DNA of 41,175 nt, taken from Klebsormidium nitens (Eukaryota > Plantae > Klebsormidiophyceae). Positions 1 to 11,473 of the stretch are shown one piece after another; position 1 is the first letter of the stretch, and each line of letters opens with the position of its first letter. The DNA is taken from assembly GCA_000708835.1 (NCBI GenBank), contig DF237663.1, positions 1-41,175 on the forward strand, in the 5' to 3' direction. A model generated the notes under the pieces. It saw only the letters and a list, made by a program, of their open reading frames with translations, did no database searches and had not been told where the DNA came from. The position numbers and the translations under genes are program-made.

Positions 1-4
1 ATGA

Positions 5-5
<1 letters not shown>

Positions 6-38
<33 letters not shown>
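6..38 (+). repeat. Poly(A) tract, 33 nt
   Basis: Uninterrupted A run at 6-38. It may be the tail of a retroposed element lying left of the window, or an assembly-edge artefact; the two cannot be distinguished here. Confidence 0.9.
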
Positions 39-39
<1 letters not shown>

Positions 40-1809
40 CAGTACGGTAGGTAGTCTGCTTTTTGGGCAGGTTGCCCACTTCGGGTTATAGTCCTCCGAC
101 TTCTAATAAGGCTCGCCATGCCCGTATGTGCAGCCTGGTCATGCAATATACTACTTCGAGCTAGGCACAGCAAGCTTTTTGCCTTTCAGCTTCGAATTGA
201 AGATTTTGCTTCGAGGAGGAGAGAGGAGCTTTTCTAGCGCTACGTACGCCTGGGAGAGTGGCTGTTCTCTCGCTGCTGGAGTGACTCATTGTAGTTTGTT
301 AGGCCAGCAGAAGTGAGGTTTTCTGAGCCTACTTTACGGAAAATCTGGTTGTTAGCATTTGCAGCCTTTGTGATGGCGTCAACTGCTCTTGCCGGTGCCT
401 ATTCCCGGAGTCTGGTGCTGACATCATTGCCTTCGGTGGCTGGGCAGTCAGTAGGGCAGAGCTTTCCGGCCCCTGTTGCAAGGCCCTGCTTGATTGAGGC
501 GATGCGCAAGAAGAAGGCCACTAAGCATCATGAACACTCAAGGCCAAAGAAGGTGAGGGCTTCTTTATTTATGTCCAGGTGGCAAGAGAGGACGTAATGT
601 GTCGGTGAGGGTGTTTCCATTCAGCGGTACTCTGATGGTAATGGTCGCAGGTGTCGTAGCAGCTCACTGTGCACACCCCTACGTCAACAGAATCGCGTGC
701 AAGTCCGGTTCCGTCCAAACTAGAAAAGGCTGCCCTGAAATAATGTAATGCTTCAAGCGGCCGAGGGTGCACTTGGATGTGTTCTTTCGAACCCCAAACC
801 CGCACACGTGAGTTTTAGCTCGGGTTTCAGGGAGACAGTGAGAAGGGGCATTGCAGACCCTCACTTTTCGCGAGGAAATGTTTTCACTTGAGCACCTTGA
901 TCGCCAATGCAGCTTAAATGCGTATCCAGCTTTCTTTGCACGCTCTTTGACTGTCTTGCTTCTGGACTGGTGGTATGTTGAAGTGTCCAAGTCCACTTTG
1001 CCTCAAGTGTTTGGGGGGCACACAGTTCACCAGCCTCAGAGGCAGAAAGTGCAATGGTAGTCAGCTAGGCTCGAATCTGAGTGGCAGTAGGAAGCCTTGT
1101 GCTTCTTTTGGCTAGTGCCAGGATCAGAGTTTTCTTGGAGAATTTCTAAATTTGAGGCATCTGGCTTGTTGGTGCCCCTCCGACGGTCTTTCGTTGTCAG
1201 GAGATTCATCCGGCCTCTTGTGACGGTTTTTGCAGCACAACCCGTATGACAAGAATAGGAAGCCGCCTGTTTATGACGCCCTGCCGCCGCGTCCCCCAGT
1301 CCTTGTTGCTGAGAGCGACTCGGAAGCAGTGCAGCAAGCACAAACTCTAATTAGCGGGGCTCATGAAACACTGAGGACCACGATCGCATAGAATCTCTAC
1401 TCTGACAATCGAAACAAAAGAAATTCTTCTATGGGGGAAAAGAACCGCTCAAAGCATTGGCTGCGAGCCGTCATGGAGGAGCTTGAACCGCCCATTTCGG
1501 CATACATTCTGTTCTTCCAGTCTGCCAGAGCCCTTTGGAGCAATGTATTAAACTTATGAAGAGATCGCCCTTCTGTATAGGGGGTTGGATAGCCTCGATC
1601 AGTCAGAGGCGTTTCTAGCATTGGGTGTTTCTTCTCAAAGACGATTTCGTTGAGTAAAGGTTTCAACGAAGCTTACTCTCCATTCTGCTGAGTTTGAGGG
1701 CCCGCAGCTACCACAATCTCGAAAAACAAGGTTCTTCATGACGCCAATTGGCAGTGGTTCAGGACGAGCTAGGCTGGCGGGGAGTTTTGGGTGGTGCAAC
1801 ATTCTTTTC

Positions 1810-2560
1810 GCATGCGTTTACTTTTAGGATGATCTGTGGACGCATGCAGTGCGGGCCTGCGTGCTGTAGAGAGTATAACGCCCATGCGAGTTTGTTGTTA
1901 CGTTATTTAGATGCGTAATTTGCGCGGGCAATGTCCGGGCGGCTGTTGCCACAAATATTTCGTACGCGTCCGATTCGATCTGATCGGTAAGTACACATGG
2001 TAAGATTGCAAGTATGATAAGATCAATCGTCGACTTGTGCATGATGCAATATAGTGTGGATCGATTAAACGCGTCGGGAGCTGCACCGGCAGTATATCTT
2101 GTTCACTGCCGGACGCAGTATTCCGCGGGCACTGATTGCCCATGTAATTATATATGTTGACTAACGCACGAATGCCAATGATGCATGAGCTGCAATTATG
2201 ATGACAATCGTGCACTAGCGCGGCGCGCAAATCCATTAGAACATATATATCAAGATGTACCGCGGCCAGCAACTATAGCTCAAGTTCTGGATAATTAGTG
2301 CAAGCTTGCAGTGAGCCCATGCCAGGCGGCCACAGTTCAATTCAACGGATGTACCAAAATGTACATAATTCGTGAGCTGTAGGTCGAAATATATGCAACC
2401 ATCAGATCACTTACAAATTGCTTGAAAAGTATCATTACTGACTCGTTCAGATCGCGGCCTAAATTGGCTCAGTCAGTACTGAGCCTAGCGCATGCCGGCC
2501 GGATTGAAACAGCACATACCATGTGCAGGCAGCTGAAAAGTGCGGTATACGTTTGACCAC
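1810..2560. other. Palindrome-rich intergenic island A (3' of ARI)
   Basis: Hand count of about 58 4-mer palindromes in 1921-2280 (about 16% of positions; 6.25% expected). Examples: TGCAAGCTTGCA 2299-2310, GGCTCAGT-cagt-ACTGAGCC 2466-2485, CCGGCAGT...ACTGCCGG 2086-2112. Boundaries approximate. Confidence 0.7.
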
Positions 2561-2847
2561 GCACTGCGTTTTGGATTGAGCACTTAAAGAGATATGTTTT
2601 GAATGCCACAGAAGCACACAGGTCGAACTTGAAAGGACTGGAATGAAAGTCGAGTCACTGTCTGCAGAACAGGCACATGAAACTTTAGACGATATTCAAC
2701 TGTACACGGTGACAGAGATGGTGACAACCAAGCTGTCCAAGCATGAAATCCTAAGCCCAGACATCTCTACATGGAAGCGGGCAGGTGTGCGCTCGTTCCA
2801 CCCTCGTCCTACCTCGACTAGGCTGACCCTGCCTACCCCTTACAACA

Positions 2848-5800
2848 TCAAGCCGGACGCGGCGACGCACACATTTGGCAGGCGATTGAAGCATTGGGGT
2901 TTGCGTACGTGCAGCGTTCGCAGGGCCAGTACGCAACTTCGTCTAGCATGTTAGACTTGGGCCTGCTGCTGCCTCCCTTTCCCTTCCCCCCCTTGCTCTT
3001 ACTTCGCGAGCTTTTCGACGTCCCGGCCTCGGCTGCTGCCTTGCCGTCCACGCTCTTCAGCCCCGTCTCCAGGTCCCGGACCAGGGAGTCGAAGTAGCCA
3101 CGAGTCACCCTGCAAGGGAGCGGGCAGGTCAGACGGGCCATCAGCAAAAACTCCGGGACTGGGTAACTGGCACCACCCTTCTGTTGCACAGTTACCCCCT
3201 CACAGCAAGCAAGCAGGCCTTCCGAGGAGGCCGCAAAAGGAGCTTACTTCAATCCAAACAGCATGCCCGCCTTGACCAGACGAACTCCTTCCATACGCCA
3301 TAGCAGGAGAAAAACGAAGACGGCAGGTTGTCAAGACGAGAACGCTTACGTCGTGAGTCCCGCGAGCTTCGTCTTGAACTCTGTGAAGGTCATGTCCGTG
3401 GGCGCGGCTGGGTCGTCATTCAGGAACTGGTTCAGGTCTTTCTCTGCACACTGGTGCAGCCGCTCTAGGTTCGCTTCCGCGTCCCCTGCACCACCAAATA
3501 CGGCGAAACGTGAGACCAACATCAACGTAGTGCAAAGAGGTCTCGACTTGCATCAAGGACACAACACATGACCAACAGTGGCTCGCAGATATCCGCAGCC
3601 TGGAAAACTTTCGATGCATAGCCCGTGAACCTGAAGCGCAGACTTGGCCAGCTGTGCCAAATAAGTTCGACTTAAGATTCATATGAGGCCGGTCAAGAAA
3701 CGAATCGATCACGACAAGGGGTGGATAGTACGACCTTACCTTGCGAGTATTCGAAGAAGTTTTTCTTAGCAATGTCCTCGTCTGGCAGGTAGTAGCCATA
3801 CGCGTACGTCCACTTGAGCACCCTCCGGCATTCAACAATCTGCGCATCGACGGGGAAACAGCATCAGCAGGTGCCAACGCAAATAGAGCACGACACATCC
3901 AGCAAACAATTGCTCCACAGATGCGGAACAAGCAAAAGAGGTGCGGTGTTCAGAGCCGCAGCCGAAGCACCTTGTGCGTGTCAAAAGCACAAGTTTGACC
4001 GGTGTCCAGGGCCTATCTCAAACTGCAACACTCACCTGCTGCAGTGCTTCGGTGATGAACTTGAGCTGGCTCACGGGCTGGCTCTGCCTCTCGCTCAGAA
4101 TCTCAATCTTGTCCCCGATGTTGCGCAAATCCTCCAGCGCTTTCTGGCGAGACTGCACAAGCAGAATAATCGGGAGGTGAGGCTACGAACGTGAGTGTGA
4201 GACAAACGCGAGCAGGTTTTCCTGAGACTGCGACCACTGACACGGAAGACGCAAGCAGCTCAACCAAACGTGCTCTGGACAACCACCATTCCTAAGACCG
4301 ACATATGCTGGCCATGAAAGACGAGGCTCACCGACTCGTTGGTCGCCCAACGCTCGTAGTAGTGGGTGTACTTCTCCAGAGAGTTCTTGGCCATCTCACG
4401 CCGACGCTCTGCCTCGTCGTACTGCACAGAGATGACACTACGGTCAGGTCGGCCGAGCAAAGATATGGACCGACAGGAGTATGCGAGCAGTCTCACACAA
4501 AGAGATATACTTTCTCCCCTGTGTAGAGTCCTTTCCGACGACTAACCCGGAAAAAGACCTGCAAGCGCAACACCAACGTCGATGCTTACCACTCCCTCCG
4601 TCTTGGCAGCCTCGTATCTGTTGCAGGCGTAGAAGCCACCAGTGCGCTCTCCGTGCTCAGTCCAGGGACCTAGGCAGAGCCTGCCAAAAGCAGAGCAGTG
4701 TCAGAGCACCACAAGAACACGGAGAGACCTGACGGCCAGTCTAGATCGTCAAGTGAATCACAAGAAGGAGTGCACAGGCTGTCTGCAAACTCTGCCTATT
4801 GACAAGCCGCCAGAATACACGCCCTTCCGACTGCTTCTGAAACGTACATCCGAAAAGCATTTCAGAGCTTGGAACTACATATGGTACGAAGAGGGCGTTG
4901 CAGGGTTGCCAGCGGTATGGCCGCGGTTGGGGCCTCACCAGCAGAACTCGAACTTGCACGGGGGTGTGCAACTCATGTGCATGCAGCCCTGGTTCTTCTC
5001 AATGGGCCGCTTGCACTTGGGGCACGGCTTGGAGTTGGCCAGAATCCTGCAGCGCCCAAACAAAACGCTCAGACAACCGGTAAGCGTCAACAAGATACAC
5101 AACGAAAAGAACCAACCTACCCGTAGGGGGCTGACAACGATCTTGCATTAGAGATCAAGACAGTGTAACGCAGGTGCTCATATCCGGTCCATCTACCTCT
5201 GACAAAATTCGAGTTCAACAGATACCACCAACCATTGCTCCAATTGCTTGACCCAGACCCCGCCAGGATGCACCCCGAGGAGAAAAGGGTCCCAGAGCAT
5301 GTGAATATAGAAACGGCACACCTACCAGTTCATGTTCTCCGATTCGGCACTGTTCTTCAGAATCCACTTGTTGACAGTGGCGCAGTCCACTGGCCTATGA
5401 GCCTCTTCCACGCACTGCACAGGAAGGAAAGGAAACAGAATAAGAATTTGAATGATAGGCTCAATCTAGACAGTACATATGCCACCATTTCCAAGATCTA
5501 ATCGCTGAAAGGTTGAGTCACTCCTCCGCACCTTCAGTATGTTGCGGCACGATCGAGAGGGGAGCACTTGCAGAGACTGGCATGAGCAGAAATATGGTAG
5601 GTTCCTCACCTCCCAGCAGAAGTTGTGCCCGCAGCGGCATAGCACGTCCATTGACGATGAGCCCGTGAGATCCTCCACGGAGTACACGCACCCAGGGGCA
5701 GGGCACCACTTGGCCTGCATCAGCGATCATATCTGATAAGCAGACTGTCTCATGGCCAGGATACGGAGGTGACAGGGCTGTGAAACCACAGGGAATGACA

Positions 5801-7725
5801 AATCTTTGAAAACGAGTGCAATTGTTGACTATGCGGTACCACATCCCCGCTGGTGCAAGTGCAAGTGCGCCCAGGCGGGGACACTCACCATGCGGTTGTC
5901 TTCCACGTAGCTGCGCCTGGCATACTTGAGGAACTTTTTGCGGTCCTCCTCATCCACCAGCTGCAGCACCATCTCATCCCCCAACACAGCATTGCAGTCT
6001 GGCTGAGCGCAGCGCAGTGTCAGGCAACCAGGCCCTTCCCCCACCTCAGAATGGACATACCCTGCAAAAAACAGCGGTGCTGGAAGACTCAAGAAGCTGT
6101 GACGAAAAAGAAATGATCTTCTGATCTGAGCATCAAATCCATATCTACCAGTCAAATGGGTAGAATCTCTACAATAAACCAAGCATCCTTTGTGTACATC
6201 GAAAGCCTTCAGTCCACCAGAAACCTCCATCAAAGCCGCCAATAATGGTACGTATCTGTAGCACAGATCAAGATATCCAAGGGCAGGCACTCACCCTTCC
6301 AGCAGTCCTTGCAATACAGATGACCGCAACGAGGTGCAATCATCTCGTCCCTGCTGAAGTCGTCGAAGCAGATGCCACAACTGACCTGCAACAGCAGGAT
6401 TGTAAGACGTGCTGAGGACCGTGTCCACAGCAAGAATCTGAGGCACCGCAAACCCTAGTCAACACCAGGACTTCATGAAATGAGCTTGACAGACCAGGTG
6501 GACACCACGTCATTTGAGCGAGGGAGATTTGAAAGGAACACATCAGGTACTCCTCTGAACGTCCGCAACAAGTGCGAAAAGCATGCGCTCGAGAATCAGA
6601 GGCGCTTTACCTTCCTCCTGCCTCTCCCAGTTTCTAAACCAGCTGGATGCACAAGTCCAACAAGATCCCGCACCCGCTCCTCGTCCCCAAACCATTCATC
6701 GTTGACACGGCTCACACTCCTGTGTAGATAAGTTCTCGTAAGCAACACACCGACTCACTGCGACCAACAGGCATAGCAGACCAACAGGCAAAGCAGCAGA
6801 ATCTGCTCAAGGCCCAAGACATCAAAGCGCAGACAGCAGCAAATGGATGCAAATGGCACTAGGCCCTCACCGCTTGGCCTCAAAAACATTCGAAGAATCA
6901 CAAATTCAATACTGCGAAAGACCAACCTTGATATGCAACAGATGCCTTCTGAAAGTAGAAATTATTAGGAGTCCCAGAGCCCGACCACTTGATTGCCTGT
7001 CTTTTAACTGCAGCACTTTGGTTCGTGCTGTCTTGAAGGTCCACATGCTTTCAGGTTCCAATTCAACAGCTGTAGTGTAACATCGAATGGTTCAAATGAT
7101 TAACGCCTACCATTTGAAGTGGCGCAGCAAAATTGTTGCCTCTTCCTCCGTGACAGAGAGCACAGAAGCAACACTCTTCACTGCCTCTGCCTGCCGCGCC
7201 TCGATGTCTTCGTCAGATAGGATCGCATAGTGAGCCTGTATAAGACGCGCGGAGTTTTGAGGAAAGGCAACACGCGGTGACGGCAAATCAGGGGAAATCA
7301 AAGCTTGAATGACAAGAGGACAAAGCCCAGGGACAGGGCAGCTATGCAGAGCACTCTCTACAACTTTTTGGAAAGAGGAGCAACAACAGGCAAGGGTTTC
7401 ATGTAGGTCTATGCAGCCACCTGACAAATGATCACCGTCTCTGATTTGCTTGATTCAACAACTCAGACCCCTAACCCACACAAAGCAGATACATACAACT
7501 TTCACGAACATTTCCTTCGCAGAAGACTTGAGAAACACCCAAAGACAGGCTTCTGCTAACATAACCTACCGTTGGTAGCCTGGAGCTTGGCTCATCGTCA
7601 TCTTCGCCCATGTCCTCATAGCCGTAGTCATCATCACTTGCTTCTTGTGAAAAATCTTCTTGGTCATAATCACCGTAATCATCATCCGAATCTTGCATGT
7701 AGTCCTGCTCGTCGTCAGAGTCCAT
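2848..7725 (-). CDS. ARI: ARIADNE-family RBR (RING1-IBR-RING2) E3 ubiquitin ligase with C-terminal RanBP2-type zinc finger, about 583 aa, ARI7/ARI8-like
   Basis: Exons 7725-7570, 7235-7111, 6719-6611, 6385-6295, 6061-5889, 5714-5610, 5414-5326, 5046-4939, 4680-4590, 4421-4332, 4152-4036, 3839-3740, 3485-3350, 3109-2848; all GT-AG and in phase. Motifs: acidic N-terminus [13 protein letters not shown]1 [43 protein letters not shown]2 [21 protein letters not shown], Ariadne domain [43 protein letters not shown]. Confidence 0.97.
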
Positions 7726-8623
7726 CTCCACCTTACGCTTCTTTCCTACAAGCGACGACGTGTTGCCTGGCTAAAGGCCGTATCGCCACTGGCAAAAAGC
7801 AGAGAACCCAAAGCAACAGTACCTTCTTGAAATACAGACCCGTCTTCTACATACCTAAAGAAGGACGGCAAATTGTTACACCATGCCCCGACGTGCCACA
7901 CCTCAGCTCAGGGACAAAATATTGAAAGGAGCTTCAGAGGAGCTTTTAAAATCTAGGACTCGAGGGCGCCTTCCTGTTTTCTGCTTCCTGCTTCCTGCTT
8001 CTTCCTTCTTTTCTTGCTTGGAACTCCGAACTTGGATTCGGAAGTTGGGACCTGTGGTGTTCACTCAGACTCAGAACCGGCCGGCTCAGGATTACGGTAA
8101 TTGACGATTTTCAGTTCAATGCAGATATTGGCTGCTGGTATAAGCCCGTACAATCCGCTTCTGAACCGGCTACTGATGGTGTTCAAACGGAATTGTTGAG
8201 GTGCGCACCCACAATTGTGCACGACTCAAAGTGGTTATTTGAAAGCGTCAAAGTTTTCATTTAACAAGGCCTCTCGGCATGTCTCGGCATCGACATGAGA
8301 GCCCGGGAGATCATCTCAATTTTGCTCTTAATTTTACGGATTGCGTATCGTAAGGTTTTGAAAGGTATACGATCGTACCCCTGCCGCCAAATCAAGCACG
8401 GTACGCACCGGGTTCGTTTCTGGCTGATGTAGGCATTCCCAAAGCGGTGCATACCGGCGACTCTGCGCGAAGCAGCTGCCTGCCAGGTGCTGGAGACTGA
8501 TTCTGACTGACGACCAAGTCCACATGATGAAGCCAGAGCTAGGAGCCTGGCAGTGGAGGCCGGCGCAAGAGTCGAAGGCCAGAACATCAAGCTACTCTTG
8601 CTAGCTAGGGGTTACCGCAGCTT
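7726..8623. promoter_or_regulatory. Divergent (head-to-head) promoter/5'UTR region shared by ARI and SICKLE-like gene
   Basis: About 0.9 kb between the two outward-facing ATGs (7725 on -, 8624 on +). Inferred from gene orientation only. Confidence 0.6.
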
Positions 8624-9571
8624 ATGGAGGAGGCATCTAGTCGGCAGGCTCGACTGCGGGCATTGCGAGAGAAGGCGGCTGGAAGTCAGGGGCCGGCAAG
8701 CGGTGCCCAGGGACCTCCGACGGGGCACCTCCCCCAGCCATTGCTTGCGGACCCTTTTCCACCAGCTCCACCCCGCCCCACACTTCCAAGTGGGCCTTTC
8801 AACTTCTACAGCAACCCGCTGTCCGCATATAGTACTTTCCAACCAGCTCCTTTGCCTGCCTCAGGGAATGTGCTCCCTCCTTCCAACCTCAGCCCTGCTC
8901 CGCTCGCTCCAGGGACCTCTTGGAGAGCGCCTTCGCAGGGCCCTTTCTCCGGTAGCCAGGGTCTGCTGCCAGGGCCGCCTCCAGGACTGCCCCCTGGGTG
9001 GCCGCAAAGTCAATCGCCCCATCAAGGTGGAGGCGGCAGACCTCAGTTCAATAACCAAGGAGGCTGGGGGACCAGCGGTGGTCGGCCAGAGTTTGTGAGA
9101 GGGGCCTTTCCGGGCAGAGGGTCGCCGGCTGCGCTTGGCAGAGGAAGAGGCGGGGTAGGGCTACATCATCCAGGCGGGCAGCCTCGATGGGAGGGTGGTA
9201 ATGCAGGGGGCCAGGACCTGTCGCGGGGAGCGAAGGCGCCGCGCTTTGACGGCGGAGGGAGGGGAGGCGGGGGAAGGGGAAGTGGGGGGAGGGGAGGTGG
9301 GGGAAGAAGGGGTCGTGAGGAAGAGCAGAGTGCGCGAACAAACCCAGAACTGTTCTTTCACAAGTCCATGCTGGAGGATCCATGGGCGGAACTAGAAAGG
9401 GCGCATGCACGCAGGCCAGCTGGTCATTCCGGGGTCGATGAGAGCTGGCTACCACCATCTTTGCAGCACGCTAACAAAGGATCCGCTGCTCCGGAAGTGA
9501 AGGTAGCTCTGGGTTCGAGCTTGGCGGACGCACTTGCGGGTGCGCTGGATGCGGCTCACAACTTGACTTGA
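8624..9571 (+). CDS. SIC: SICKLE / MPLKIP(TTDN1)-like proline- and RGG-rich protein, 315 aa, intronless
   Basis: Single ORF. Blocks match my recollection of Arabidopsis SICKLE: N-terminal MEEASSRQARLRALREKAA, FNFYSNPLSAYSTF, Pro-rich middle, RGG tract, FFHKSMLEDPW (MPLKIP motif), WLPPSL, SLADALAGALD. Length is similar to SIC. Confidence 0.85.
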   Translation: MEEASSRQARLRALREKAAGSQGPASGAQGPPTGHLPQPLLADPFPPAPPRPTLPSGPFNFYSNPLSAYSTFQPAPLPASGNVLPPSNLSPAPLAPGTSWRAPSQGPFSGSQGLLPGPPPGLPPGWPQSQSPHQGGGGRPQFNNQGGWGTSGGRPEFVRGAFPGRGSPAALGRGRGGVGLHHPGGQPRWEGGNAGGQDLSRGAKAPRFDGGGRGGGGRGSGGRGGGGRRGREEEQSARTNPELFFHKSMLEDPWAELERAHARRPAGHSGVDESWLPPSLQHANKGSAAPEVKVALGSSLADALAGALDAAHNLT

Positions 9572-10619
9572 ACTGTCCAAGGTGACAGCTCATCAAAGAG
9601 GGACGAGCGGCCCGTCGTATACACTGATTGCGGGCGACACTTCTTGACGACCATCGAGCAAGCTGTCCAGGCCTTGAGATTGGGAACAGATGTTTTGGTG
9701 AGGCGATGGCTTGTGCGTTCTTTGGCAAGTCGTGTCTTTGACTCCCTTTTGTTTCAAAAGGCTCAAGAGTTTCCGTTCAACGGTCGTGTTTGTTTGTCAA
9801 TCATTGCATAATTTGGAAATCGGTCAAGCACTTCGACCCTACACTTCAAGCATTCAGTGTCCTACACATCGTCGTCTTCGTGCAGTAGCACTGTAGAACC
9901 GGAATCGGCTTCAGATTGGTCAATTTACCTGCTGACATGGCGGCCATTCGATGCCTCTGGAGGGTTGTCACAGAATATACTTCGTCATAATCGGTGCCTG
10001 TCACACCTTTTATTGGAACATTTGGGAACGACCCTTTATGCATTGTTGCAACTCTGCTCGTCGAACTGCACAAGTCTGATGTATTTGGTTGGAAATTCAC
10101 CCGTCGGTGTGGTCCTTTAACAGCCGCTTCGAAGATCATGCCCCTTACATTAACCTTTTGTTCACCTGCCAGGTACTTGGCCCTGCTCTCTCAGGCACAT
10201 ACAATTTGTGGGAGGGCTTCTTGTAGGCCCTCCATAGCATTCGGGTTCCCAACTCGAAGTTCGTGTTTGTAGACTGTAATTGTCCATTGGACGTCCAAGC
10301 AGCTTGGGAAAGACGCAAATCTCTAGACATGACGATAGCTGCCCACCTTTTCTCAGCCTGCACGACTTGCCCGTCTGGTTCACTGCACTTGGATCTATCT
10401 TCACAATCAGGACAGGTTGCAAAGAAATCAGGGCTCGGGGAGCCTGGGTTGCTCGCATTGAATGGGCACCCTGCTGAGTACGGTGACGGTTTGAGCGCGC
10501 CACTGGGCGCCTAAGGGTTCTGATTTCATGAAACTGGGTGGGTATTGTAAGCTGAGCATCTCCGAGCCTGGTCAAAGGTTGGGTATACTTTCTTTTGAAT
10601 GTTTGTATAGTAATGAAGA

Positions 10620-10900
10620 ACGTGCCTGTATATACTGTTTGCCTGGCACACCGTGCAACCGGGATGTCATTACCTTGTAATGACACGGTGCGCGTACAAT
10701 TTACATGTATGCCACTCATGAAATAATGGCGGCCCCGCAAGCGTACTGATATACGTATGTATACATAGTTCAAGCTCTAGGCACGTTGCATGGGGACCAC
10801 GTCTATATATGCGTATGCCGTAGATATATGCTCGAACAGCGCCGGTCCAATATCTGCTGCGTGGATCGATTGTGTCATGTTTTGCCTAGCTAGCTGAGAT
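10620..10900. other. Palindrome-rich intergenic island B (between the convergent SIC and importin 3' ends)
   Basis: About 36 4-mer palindromes in 10681-10896 (about 17%). Examples: TGTCATTAC-ctt-GTAATGACA 10665-10685, ATGTATACAT 10757-10766, TACATGTA 10702-10709, AGCTAGCT 10888-10895. Confidence 0.65.
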
Positions 10901-11473
10901 TCAGGATATTTTAACACGAAAACAGGGAAGCTATCTTCATACTTGCACAGCAAAGGGAACAACTTTGGGTTGATTTTAGTTCACCAGCATCCCTTCTTTG
11001 CATAAGTTAGCAAGTGGCTCGGGCAGAGCGCCTCAAGCAGCAACAGCAGAGCCTGCCAGCTGCTGGTGACCCAGCCCTGTTTGGCGTAGCTCACAGAGGG
11101 CCAGCAGGAGTTGAATATGCAACGAAAATTCCGCAAGTGGTTCACCTCCTGCGGCAGTCTGATTTGACAGTTGAGAATCCTTAATGGAGTACGGTGGCGA
11201 TGACAGCTTCTCTGCACAACAGCCCTGGGCTCTTCTGATCAGGTTGCGACTACCACTTCATTGGCTTTGATGCAGCAGAGCAGACACATCAGATGAAGGA
11301 CATGTCGTCTCGACCTGAATGATCGTCATGCGGGTCGGCAGAAATCAGCAGCATGGACAGCATTTTGGCAAACCTATCAGTCGCATGTACGGAAGGTGTC
11401 GCTCATTTTGAAGACACGTCAAGACGGAGGAGGTCAAGGTAAATGTCTGAAAACGAAGTATGAGAATAACGTG

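Noticed and set aside
11011-11184. Plus-strand 57-codon frame (QVARAERLKQQQQ...) after a possible AG acceptor
   Set aside because: No upstream exon or start could be linked, it lies in the probable importin 3'UTR, and its length is within chance.
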